A stretch of 57,477 nt of DNA from Anaerolineales bacterium (GTDB lineage Bacteria > Chloroflexota > Anaerolineae > Anaerolineales > UBA4823). A model generated the notes under the pieces. It saw only the letters and a list, made by a program, of their open reading frames with translations, searched no databases and was not told where the DNA came from. This document shows, piece after piece, positions 26,672-35,213 of the stretch. Each line of letters opens with the position of its first letter. Within the stretch, counting starts at the first letter, position 1. The stretch covers positions 1-57,477 of the forward strand of contig DATDRQ010000077.1 in the NCBI GenBank assembly GCA_035291645.1. The letters run 5' to 3'. Position numbers and translations under genes: made by a program.

Positions 26672-29600
26672 CTATGCATTTTGGGTAACTGGCCGGAGGT
26701 TGTGCACCAGGTTAAGGGCGACCAGCGCTGCCAGCTGGCGGTGGATCAACAGATCGTCTGGCGCCAGATCGGCTGCCCGGCGGAGCATGTTTTCAGCCCC
26801 CGGGTAATCCCGGCTGGCCTTGAGAGCCAGGCCGGCCTGCAGGTAAGGGCGCGGGTCGCGCGGAGAGACCGCCATAGCCTTCTGGTAGGTCTGAAGAGCC
26901 AGGGCTGGCTGCCGGCGGTCGACCTGGGTGGCGCCCAACTCCAGGTAAGTTTCGATCTCGCGAGGCGCCAGCCGGCTGGCTTCGCTCAGGTGGTGAATGG
27001 CCTGGTCGAGCTGTCCGGATTTGCGCAGCAGTCTTCCCAGCTGCAGGTGCAGTTCCGCTTGCTGCTCTGCGGAAATACCCCGCCCCCCGTTGCGCAGACC
27101 GTGTTGGGCAGCCTGGATGGCGGCCTCTGCCTGCCCGGCGCGGGCCAGCGAGTGCGCCAGGAGGGCCAGGATGCTGGCCTCATCTGGGTAACGGTTGACC
27201 AAATCGGCCAATGATTCGAGCGCGGCCTGCTGGCCGCGTGAGCAATCCAGCAAGTTAACCCTTTCGAGCAGGAGGGGCAATGGATCTACAGCCAGCGGGA
27301 TGGCGCGCTCGATGATGTCCAACGCCTCTTCTGAGCAGCCCATTTGCAGCAGGGCTTTCCCGAGCAGGTGAAGCGCCTGGGGTTGGTCCGGCTCGAGTTG
27401 CAGCACCTGTTCGGCGTATTCCTGGGTGGTTTGCGGGTCGCCCTCCTTCAAGGCGATCTCACCCCGCATGAGCATAGGCCCAAGATTGCCTGGAGCCAGG
27501 CCGATGGCGGTTTCGGCGCTCCTGGCAGCCTCGGGGAGGTCACCATTCGCCAGATAAGCCCGGGCCAGCGCCAGGGCGGGCTCCAGGGCAGTCGGGTCGA
27601 TCCGCCGGGCGTGCTCCAAAGCACGCACGGCGCGCCGGGTTTCGCCGTTTTGTAGTAAAGTCTCACCCAGGGCCAGGTGGTGGGCCAAGTGACCCGGTTC
27701 CAGATGGACAGCCTGTTCCAGGTGGTGGATGGCAACAGAGACATCCTCTTGATCGATCTGGATCTGGGCAGCCAGGGCATGCCAGCGCGGCTCCTCCGGC
27801 CACAGGGCCAACGCAGTCTGCAGCGCGTGCAGGCAGGCGGCGGTATCGCCATCCTGGTTGGCTAGGCGTGCTAATAAGATGTGATGGCAGGGTTGGTTTG
27901 GCTGGCGGCTGAGGGCGGCGTTGATGGCAGCCAGCCCATCCCGGACCTGCTCCGGCGTACTGCCCAGAGAGTTCAGCGCCAGAGCAACCTGTACCTGGAC
28001 CTGTGGGTGGAGCGGGGCGCTCCCGGCCTCTGCCTGCGCCATGCGGTAAACCTGCAGGACGTGTTCCAGCTCTCCACAGCGCCGGTGAGCAGCGATAACC
28101 GCTGCGAAGTCATCCGGGTGGGTCGCCAGGTGTTCCAGCGCCTGCAGGCTGTCCCGGCTGTTATGGAAGATCACCTGCCCGCGGGCGGTCCACCGGCGTG
28201 ATTGCATGGAACGGGCGGGTTGGGTTTCACTCGGCGCGTACCGCTGGGCATTCTGGAGAGCTTCTCGGAACTCCTGGTAGGTCTCTTCGGAGAGGGCCTC
28301 CTCACCTGGAGCGTGCACTTCGACCTCCAGATCCTGGCACAGACTCTGGTATTCCGCTCGCAGGGTTAAGGCGCGAACGATCTGCAGGTGCAGGTAAGGC
28401 TCGTGGGGGGCGTATGTCGCCGCGCGCCGGATCAGGTTTAGCCCGATCTCCCATTCTTGCAGGTCGAGGGCTGCCAGACCGGCGCCCAGCAGCGCCGAAC
28501 TATCCATCGCTTGACCGCTAGACTGCACGTCCTGTTCGGACTTCTCTAGAGTCTGGATTGCGACTTGCAGCGTGTTCAGGGCGATGCTGGCATCGCCTCG
28601 CCGGTAAGCCAGGCGCGCCTGCAAGGACAGCACGCGCGCTGCAGACGGGTCGAACTCCATGGCGGCGGTCAGCGCTTCAGCCGCGGCGACTTCTTCCTCC
28701 TGTTCGAGGGCCAGCTCGGCTGCCAGGCAGGCTCCACCTGCCGGGAAATCGTCCGGCAAAGGCAGGGGGATCTGCAGTCGAGCCTGGTCGTTTCGCAGGA
28801 CTGCCCGAGATAATTCTGCCGCGAGCGCCAAAGCCTGGCTGACTTCCCCGGTGACCGGTGCGCCTCTCCAGGCAGCCAGGGCGCGCTCGACATGGTCGAT
28901 GGCTGCCACCAGATCGCCCTGGGAGCGCATCAGCCGGGCGAGGCGAAAATGGGCGGCGGGCTGGTCGGGTTCGATGTTGAGGGCATGTTCCAGGCAGGCC
29001 TGAGCAGCCTGGGGCCGGCCGATCTTGACCAGCAGGTCGGCCCGGTTTAGCTGCAGCTCCCCGTTGTGCGGATCGGACTGAACAGCCCGTTCAAGCAACT
29101 CCAGAGCCTGCTCCGGATTGCCAGACAGGCGGTGGGCATCCGCCAGGTCGCGCAGGATCGCAGGTGGGTTGGTGCCGGACTCGACCAGGGCGCGTTCGAA
29201 TGCGGCGACTGCCGCGCAGGCTTCACCCAGTTCGATCAGCCCTACCCCCGCACGGTGAAGGTCATTCGGATTTACGGATGTATCGCCGATCTGGCGATAA
29301 CTGTTTGTAGCCCCTTGCCGGTCACCGCTGGCATGCTGGATCTGGGCGAGCTTCAGGAGAAGGTCAGAGCGCTTGGGTTCGAGCTGGATTGCCCGGGTGA
29401 GGGTCTTGATCGCTTCCGGCTTCGATCCTAATTCAACCATCTGTCCGGCAAACCAGGCCAGCACGTCGACGTCATCGGGGACCTGCTGGACTGCGCTGTG
29501 GGCTGCTTGGGCGGCCTCCTCAGAAAGGTTAATGGCAGTGTAAGCCTGGGCGAGCACCATGAAGACTTCGGGATCCGGTTTGTCAACCTGAGCGGCGTCG

Positions 29601-32212
29601 TGTAAAGCCGCGACCGTGGTCTCCGGCTGTCCTAACTTTAACGCCGTCCGTCCCAATCCCAAGGACAGGGGGTCTTTCCAGTGTGGGTCGTCTGCCAGAC
29701 CGGCCTCCAGTGCCTGGTAATAGGCCTGCAATGCGCCTGGCAGGTCGCCGCTCTGTTCCAACGCCTGCCCGAGCAGGGCTTGAGCGGTCTTGCGGACGAC
29801 CGGCAGATAGGACCCCTGGTCAATTTTTCGAACCGGTTCGCCATCCAATTCCTCGCCGAGATGGTCAACAACCGGCTCGGTCAATCGCAGCACGCGTTGG
29901 AGCGCTTGGGCGGCTTCTTCCGGCTGTGAACTGACCTTCAACAGGCTCTCGGCGTAGTCCAGGCTGGGATGCGGGTCGTGGGGAGCAGAGTTCACCGCCA
30001 CCGCCAGCGGGCTGAGAGCTGCCTGGGGATCGCCCTGGTCGAGCAGCAGGCGAGCGTAGGCATAAGCCAGTCCTGGGTAAGAAGGGAAATCCAGGAAGGT
30101 GTTCTCGAGAACCTGGCGGGCTTTTTCTGGATGGCCGAGTTGAACCAGGATGCTTCCATAAAGGAGAGCGATGCGAGGCTGGAGAGTAGCGTCCTGTTCG
30201 GCCGGGTTTTGCTTCCCTGCCCGGCCTTTGCCAAGACGGCGGCGGTTGCGCAGGCCCGGTCGCTCGCAGGCCAGTTCGTATGCCTTGCGCAGATTGGTCT
30301 GGGCCTGGGTGACGGCGTCATCCGCCAGGTAGGCCTCCGCCAGGGCCAGGTGGATGGCCGGGTCGTTCGGGACGGCGTGAGAAGCGGCGCTGAGGGTTTC
30401 GGTGGCTTTGGAGGCCTGGCCGCCGCGCTGGTAAGCGCGGGCTAGTGAGAGCCAGGGCTCAGGCTGGTGGGGTGCATGGGTTGTAGCCTGCTGGAAGTGC
30501 TCCATGGCTCCCTGCTCGTCCCCCTGAGCTGCCAGGGCTTCACCAAAGATGGCCTGGGTGAGGCCGTCCTCAGGATTCCGGTCCAGAGCCATCTGACAGG
30601 CTTGAATCGCCCGTTCTGGGTCGCCAGCGTTCAGGCTGCAGCTGGCTAGCGCTCGTAGATCGGAGTCGGTAGGCCAGATCGATTCTTCGGCCGGCGTGAA
30701 GCGCGGCGCCAGTAACTCGCTCCTTTCATGCAATGCAGCCTCCCACTCGCCGGCCCGCTCCAGGCTGGTCGCCAGCAGGCGGCGGTAGGCCGGATCGGCA
30801 GGTTGGAGGGCGACTGCCAGATGAGCGGTATTCACCGCCCCAGTCTCATCGCCTGCCCGCAGATCGGCTAGAGAGAGCGTGGCGAGACGGGCAGCGCTGG
30901 CCGGTTCTAGGCGGCAGGCCAGCGCGGCGGCGCGTTGGGCTTCTTCGAACAGAGACAGCTCCTGGCAGAAGCCGGTCAGGTGAATGAACCAGGGCAGGGC
31001 GCTCTCGATATCCGCTGGAGTGGGGGGTAGGTCGAGAGGCTGGCGATCTTTTTCAGCCAGGTAGGCCAGCGCCTGGCGAGCCGACTGCCGGGCTGAAGAC
31101 CTGTTCCCCGCCCGGTTCGCCTGGTGGGCCAGGATCACCGCCTGGGCTGGGCCGGCTTCCTCCAGGCTGGAGGCGGGCAGCAGGGCAGCGGCATCCTCAA
31201 CCCGCCCGGCCTCGAGCATGCCGGCCAGCAGTCTGGCGGATGGGAGGGCTGTCTGCGGCGCGGAGAGCGCTTCCTGCCAGGCGACCAGGGCTCCATCCAG
31301 GTCTTCTTCTTGGAAGGCTGTGCTGATCTGTGCGGCCAGCTCGGCCTGTAGCTGGCGGGAAATCTTGACCGCTTCGGCGCGGGCTGCGACAGAATGGGAG
31401 GTCTGCCCGGCGATTGCCTGTAAATCCGCCTGCGCTACCAGACCGGTGAGGGCGGCGATCTGAGCGTTTATCCCCACCTCTCCAGCTTCCTGATTTTCTG
31501 GCGGAACTGATAGCACCCGGGTGGCGAGCCTGGCTGCCTGGGATGGGCGGTGGGCTGCCAGCTGCCGGACCAGATCTGCCCCAGCTTGCGGTTCGAGTTT
31601 CTCAATTAATGTGGTAAAAAACCGCTCCTGTTCGGCAGCCGGCAATGGCTGGCACAGGACTGTATTCACCGCCAGCATGCGCAGGGCTGGCTTTTCGCTG
31701 CTGGCGAGCGCCCGTACCAGGGCCTGGCGATCTCCGCAGAGTCCGAATATTATGGTGAAAGATGAGCTCCACTGCGAATAGATCGCCGCCTCACCGCTAT
31801 GGGTCGCCCGGAGGCTGGCGACCGACCCCTCCCAGGAACCGGTCGAGCGGCGCTGGTCATATAGAGCGATCGCCAGCAAGGCCGCCTGGGCCAGGGCTTG
31901 ATCGTCCTCTGCGCCCGCGTACTGGGGGGATTTCTCTTGAGCTTCGAGCGCCTGGAGCGCCTGGTAGCGCAGCTGCGGATCGGGTGGGGCGTCGACTTCC
32001 GGCATGGGCTGGTTTAGCGCCAGGAAAGCCAGGTTGGCGGGCGACCAGGACTGCGGATTGGTTCCCAGGGCCTGCAAGGCGCGCGCGCCGAAGTCTTCGT
32101 CCTGAAGCAGGTCCCAGATGCGGGAGTCCTGGCGCAGAGCGGGGATCACCCAAGGCCAGCTGGCCTCGGGCAGGGCGGATTTCAAAGCGACGATAAATGA
32201 GGTTTGGGCCAT
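26672..32212 (-). CDS. Giant all-TPR repeat protein (1846 aa)
   Basis: A single ORF with continuous A/L/E/Q-rich 34-residue-type repeats (..A...Y..AL...P....A...LG......G....A...) and no recognisable catalytic domain. Its stop is 9 nt before the next ATG. Confidence 0.85.
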   Translation of the reverse strand: MAQTSFIVALKSALPEASWPWVIPALRQDSRIWDLLQDEDFGARALQALGTNPQSWSPANLAFLALNQPMPEVDAPPDPQLRYQALQALEAQEKSPQYAGAEDDQALAQAALLAIALYDQRRSTGSWEGSVASLRATHSGEAAIYSQWSSSFTIIFGLCGDRQALVRALASSEKPALRMLAVNTVLCQPLPAAEQERFFTTLIEKLEPQAGADLVRQLAAHRPSQAARLATRVLSVPPENQEAGEVGINAQIAALTGLVAQADLQAIAGQTSHSVAARAEAVKISRQLQAELAAQISTAFQEEDLDGALVAWQEALSAPQTALPSARLLAGMLEAGRVEDAAALLPASSLEEAGPAQAVILAHQANRAGNRSSARQSARQALAYLAEKDRQPLDLPPTPADIESALPWFIHLTGFCQELSLFEEAQRAAALACRLEPASAARLATLSLADLRAGDETGAVNTAHLAVALQPADPAYRRLLATSLERAGEWEAALHERSELLAPRFTPAEESIWPTDSDLRALASCSLNAGDPERAIQACQMALDRNPEDGLTQAIFGEALAAQGDEQGAMEHFQQATTHAPHQPEPWLSLARAYQRGGQASKATETLSAASHAVPNDPAIHLALAEAYLADDAVTQAQTNLRKAYELACERPGLRNRRRLGKGRAGKQNPAEQDATLQPRIALLYGSILVQLGHPEKARQVLENTFLDFPSYPGLAYAYARLLLDQGDPQAALSPLAVAVNSAPHDPHPSLDYAESLLKVSSQPEEAAQALQRVLRLTEPVVDHLGEELDGEPVRKIDQGSYLPVVRKTAQALLGQALEQSGDLPGALQAYYQALEAGLADDPHWKDPLSLGLGRTALKLGQPETTVAALHDAAQVDKPDPEVFMVLAQAYTAINLSEEAAQAAHSAVQQVPDDVDVLAWFAGQMVELGSKPEAIKTLTRAIQLEPKRSDLLLKLAQIQHASGDRQGATNSYRQIGDTSVNPNDLHRAGVGLIELGEACAAVAAFERALVESGTNPPAILRDLADAHRLSGNPEQALELLERAVQSDPHNGELQLNRADLLVKIGRPQAAQACLEHALNIEPDQPAAHFRLARLMRSQGDLVAAIDHVERALAAWRGAPVTGEVSQALALAAELSRAVLRNDQARLQIPLPLPDDFPAGGACLAAELALEQEEEVAAAEALTAAMEFDPSAARVLSLQARLAYRRGDASIALNTLQVAIQTLEKSEQDVQSSGQAMDSSALLGAGLAALDLQEWEIGLNLIRRAATYAPHEPYLHLQIVRALTLRAEYQSLCQDLEVEVHAPGEEALSEETYQEFREALQNAQRYAPSETQPARSMQSRRWTARGQVIFHNSRDSLQALEHLATHPDDFAAVIAAHRRCGELEHVLQVYRMAQAEAGSAPLHPQVQVQVALALNSLGSTPEQVRDGLAAINAALSRQPNQPCHHILLARLANQDGDTAACLHALQTALALWPEEPRWHALAAQIQIDQEDVSVAIHHLEQAVHLEPGHLAHHLALGETLLQNGETRRAVRALEHARRIDPTALEPALALARAYLANGDLPEAARSAETAIGLAPGNLGPMLMRGEIALKEGDPQTTQEYAEQVLQLEPDQPQALHLLGKALLQMGCSEEALDIIERAIPLAVDPLPLLLERVNLLDCSRGQQAALESLADLVNRYPDEASILALLAHSLARAGQAEAAIQAAQHGLRNGGRGISAEQQAELHLQLGRLLRKSGQLDQAIHHLSEASRLAPREIETYLELGATQVDRRQPALALQTYQKAMAVSPRDPRPYLQAGLALKASRDYPGAENMLRRAADLAPDDLLIHRQLAALVALNLVHNLRPVTQNA

Positions 32213-32269
32213 GCGTTCACCGGTGCCTGAGCAAGATGGGTTTGGAATTTGCAGGATATCGGATGTGGA

Positions 32270-32593
32270 TTAACTGATCCGGATCACCAACCAGCAGGCG
32301 GCGAGCATCAAGATCAGACCCAGGGCGGAGAGAAACACGCCGATCCCGGCCGCAGTCCGCACCAGGTCATTGGTGGCACCGAGCAGAGCCGAGGCGTTGC
32401 CGACCAAACCGGCGACTTCCTCCGCCATCCCCTTACGGGCCAGCTGAGCGGTCTGGTTCGCCAGGCTGCGCACCTCGCGCCCGGCTGAGCGGACCAACAG
32501 GACGAACATGCCGATCGACAGGCTGATCGCGCCGAAGAGGAAGAGGCCGAGGGCCATTGCCAGCTGTACTTCGATGAGCGTGAACGAGGTCAT
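32270..32593 (-). CDS. Small membrane protein (two terminal TM helices plus a central helical segment)
   Basis: 107 aa. Strong SD AAGGAGGAG 3 nt before the ATG. Confidence 0.7.
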   Translation of the reverse strand: MTSFTLIEVQLAMALGLFLFGAISLSIGMFVLLVRSAGREVRSLANQTAQLARKGMAEEVAGLVGNASALLGATNDLVRTAAGIGVFLSALGLILMLAACWLVIRIS

Positions 32594-32606
32594 ATACTCC
32601 TCCTTG

Positions 32607-33374
32607 TTATCGGGAGGCTCCGAGCAATGGAAACTCGCAGTCTACCATCAATCTGCCCGCCTCCGTCAGGGGCCAGGCGCGGGCGGCCTGGGCCAGGTCG
32701 AGGTCTGTCCGCAGATGAGGGGAAATGCCCCTTACCAGGCGTTGAACTTCCGGTCCGGAGAGCAGCCCACTGGACTGGCGGCAGGCGCTCGCCAGAAGCT
32801 CTGTCTGGCTTTGCTGGACCGTGATGCCATCCCCTTTCGTTCCCGCCAACCCGGCAACCTCGATAGGGCGTGCTTCCCTGGATATCGCCGGTCCCAGGCG
32901 GTTCAACAGGTCCAGGATGGAGGTCAGGCTGGTCGTATCGAGGACCACGTAACCAGTCCACCACAAACGTTCTGCGTGGAGGGAGTCCATGAAGGCTGCC
33001 ACAGGGAGGCCGCGCCGGTCGAGGGCGAACTGTTCCTCCAGTAAAGTCTCTCCCGGGACCGGGAAGACGGGCAACAAAGTCACCTCGGGCTTGCCTGGAA
33101 AGAACAGCGCCAGCCAGGCGCTTTCCAGGCGGGGAGAGGCTGCATCCAGGTCATCCACCCCGAGGATCAACCAGCTATTTTGGCCCGTGGTTGGCTGAGG
33201 GACGGATTCCAATCTAACAGAGCCTTCGTTCCCGGCCAGTCGGTTCATCGAGAGCAATGAACGCCCGATGGGGAGGCCGGCGATCAGGCCGAAGACCAGG
33301 AATAGCAGGAACAGCCTGGCATTTGCCCGGCTGTGTTTCTCTCTGTTCATCCACTCGATCCGCCTGTTCACCAT
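32607..33374 (-). CDS. Membrane-anchored, divergent LytR/CpsA/Psr (LCP)-like protein
   Basis: ATG at 33374 (alternative at 33350). N-terminal TM helix. WLILGVDDLDAASPRLESAWLALFFPGKPEVTLLPVFP and YVVLDTTSLTSILDLLNRLG follow the LCP pattern, but the usual S-I-P-R-D block is replaced. Confidence 0.6.
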   Translation of the reverse strand: MVNRRIEWMNREKHSRANARLFLLFLVFGLIAGLPIGRSLLSMNRLAGNEGSVRLESVPQPTTGQNSWLILGVDDLDAASPRLESAWLALFFPGKPEVTLLPVFPVPGETLLEEQFALDRRGLPVAAFMDSLHAERLWWTGYVVLDTTSLTSILDLLNRLGPAISREARPIEVAGLAGTKGDGITVQQSQTELLASACRQSSGLLSGPEVQRLVRGISPHLRTDLDLAQAARAWPLTEAGRLMVDCEFPLLGASR

Positions 33375-33378
33375 TGAT

Positions 33379-33651
33379 CTAGTGACTGAGTAACGCGCTG
33401 AGCAGCGCTGTGAAGAAGCCAATGCTCAACCCGGCAGCCGCCCAGCGTGCCGCCCGAGGCGCGTCCGGCGACCGAAAAAAATTGACAGCCTGCCAGGTCA
33501 TCCGGCTGGCGCTGCTGACCAGCTTCTGCAACAGGGTGGAATCGCTCAACAAATCTATCGCCAGTCGTAAAAAGCCGATCTCGATGCGTGCAGATACCTG
33601 GCGGAAATCAATCGGCGCGTGAAGGAAGGTTGTTTTCATAGGCCGGTTCAA
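33379..33651 (-). CDS. Small protein with a C-terminal TM helix
   Basis: 90 aa from the TTG at 33651, or 86 aa from the ATG at 33639. Packed between neighbours, with a 4-nt overlap or a 9-nt gap upstream and a 4-nt gap downstream. Confidence 0.45.
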   Translation of the reverse strand: MNRPMKTTFLHAPIDFRQVSARIEIGFLRLAIDLLSDSTLLQKLVSSASRMTWQAVNFFRSPDAPRAARWAAAGLSIGFFTALLSALLSH

Positions 33652-33893
33652 CGGGAAGTGGAGACTTTCAGGATCTTGCCCTGGGCGTTGGCTGTCACCC
33701 GGACGATGCGCGGGATGGATTTGCCATTGGAAGCCGTGGCAGTTCCCCGGTAGGTGAGGAGATAGGTCTGGCTCGAACTGCTGGAGTTTATCTGAGAGCC
33801 GGACTGGGTCTGGACTTTTGGCTGAATGCCTGCGACCTCCGGAAACCGGCGGTAGATCTGGGTGGAGATAGACTTCAACGCTTTGGCATCCAT
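33648..33893 (-). CDS. Small soluble protein (PepSY-like pattern), related to the C-terminus of the 935-aa peptidase
   Basis: 81 aa. SD AAGGTG ~10 nt before the ATG, which is 24 nt after the ftsZ stop. Ends RIVRVTANAQGKILKVSTSR, compared with ARLTLDSQGQVIKMVVSR at the end of the 23855..26662 product. Confidence 0.6.
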   Translation of the reverse strand: MDAKALKSISTQIYRRFPEVAGIQPKVQTQSGSQINSSSSSQTYLLTYRGTATASNGKSIPRIVRVTANAQGKILKVSTSR

Positions 33894-33917
33894 GGAGCAG
33901 GTTTCACCTTACGAGGA

Positions 33918-35126
33918 TTATGATAAGGACGCACCGGGTGGCTGGTCTACCTGGCGGGCGCGCCGTCGCAGGAAGGCCGGCACGTCCAGATCGTTGGCGG
34001 CGATGCGTGGCATGCTGTAATTCACCGTTACGGTCGACTGGCTGACAGGCTCCGCTGTGAGTACAGGGGTTGGTGCAGTGGCAGGCTCAGCAGCCAGCAC
34101 CGTTCGCCGGTTCAGCTGGGTGGAAACCCCGGAAAAGACTTCGTCTAGCGTGGGAGCGCCCAGGCCGGTGATGACCAGGATCACCTGGGCGCGGCCTTCC
34201 ATGCGCTCGTCGTGGGTCACGCCGAGTACGATCTCGGTCTGGCTGCCGATCTGGTGGTGCAGGTTAGTCAGCACTTCGCTGATCTCGACCAGGCTCAGGT
34301 CCTTACCACCGGTAAAGTTGGCGATCACCCCGGCGGCTTGTTCGAGCGAGATGCTCTCGAGCAGCGGGTGGTGCAGGGCCTGCTCGATGGCTATGTGTGC
34401 CTTATCCTCTCCATGACCATGACCGATAGACATCAACGCGCCGCCGCCCAGTTTCATCAAGCGCCGAATGTGGGCAAAGTCGACGTTGATCAGGCCGGGT
34501 TCGGTGATCAGCTCGGTGATGCCCTGGACTGCCTGGCGGAGCACGTCGTCGGCCAGGCGGAAAGCCAGGTCCAGAGGCAGGTCGCGCGCGGCGACGTACA
34601 GCAAGCGGTCGTTGGGGATCGAAATGAGCGTATCGGTATGCGGGCGCAGGGTGGATAATCCCTGGGAGGCGTTGCGCTGGCGGCGGCCCATTTCAAATGA
34701 GAAGGGCGTGGTGACGATGGCGATGGTCACTGCACCGACAGAACGGGCGGCGCGGGCGGCGATCGGGATCGAGCCGGTACCGGTGCCGCCGCCCATGCCG
34801 GCGGTCAGGAAGACCATATCGGCCCCTTCCAGGGCTGCGGCGATCTCCTTCTCACTCTCCTCTGCGGCGGCGCGGCCGACCTCAGGGTTACCGCCGGCTC
34901 CCAGCCCGCGTGTGGTGCGTGGGCCGAGCTGGATCCTGACCGGCGCCAGGCTGGTCTGCAAGGCCTGGTAGTCGGAGTTGGCCGCGATGAACTCCACGCC
35001 GTCCAGGCCAAGCTCGATCATGCGATTTATGGCGTTGCTGCCACCCCCACCCAGACCGAGCACTTTGAGTTTCGGCGGGGGAGCTGCGTATATTTCGTTC
35101 GATTTCATCTCGCTCGTTTCGATCAT
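33918..35126 (-). CDS. ftsZ: Cell division tubulin homologue FtsZ
   Basis: 402 aa. GLGGGGSNAINRM, tubulin signature GMGGGTGTGS, C-terminal peptide DLDVPAFLRRR. SD GAGGTGGAGG before the ATG. Confidence 0.95.
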   Translation of the reverse strand: MIETSEMKSNEIYAAPPPKLKVLGLGGGGSNAINRMIELGLDGVEFIAANSDYQALQTSLAPVRIQLGPRTTRGLGAGGNPEVGRAAAEESEKEIAAALEGADMVFLTAGMGGGTGTGSIPIAARAARSVGAVTIAIVTTPFSFEMGRRQRNASQGLSTLRPHTDTLISIPNDRLLYVAARDLPLDLAFRLADDVLRQAVQGITELITEPGLINVDFAHIRRLMKLGGGALMSIGHGHGEDKAHIAIEQALHHPLLESISLEQAAGVIANFTGGKDLSLVEISEVLTNLHHQIGSQTEIVLGVTHDERMEGRAQVILVITGLGAPTLDEVFSGVSTQLNRRTVLAAEPATAPTPVLTAEPVSQSTVTVNYSMPRIAANDLDVPAFLRRRARQVDQPPGASLS

Positions 35127-35213
35127 TGGATACCTCCACCTCTTTTTTTATTCCAACGCTCTACAAATTATTTCGCCGAATCCTTACGCTTGGTCGGGAG
35201 ATCGAGCCCAAAC

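Noticed and set aside
32270-32593. The N-terminus MTS-FTLIE of the 107-aa membrane protein looks like a type IV prepilin class III signal (G|FTLIE).
   Set aside because: The -1 residue is Ser rather than the near-invariant Gly. There is no basic leader. The protein has a second C-terminal TM helix, and no pil or prepilin peptidase genes are nearby. It is most likely a chance pentapeptide.
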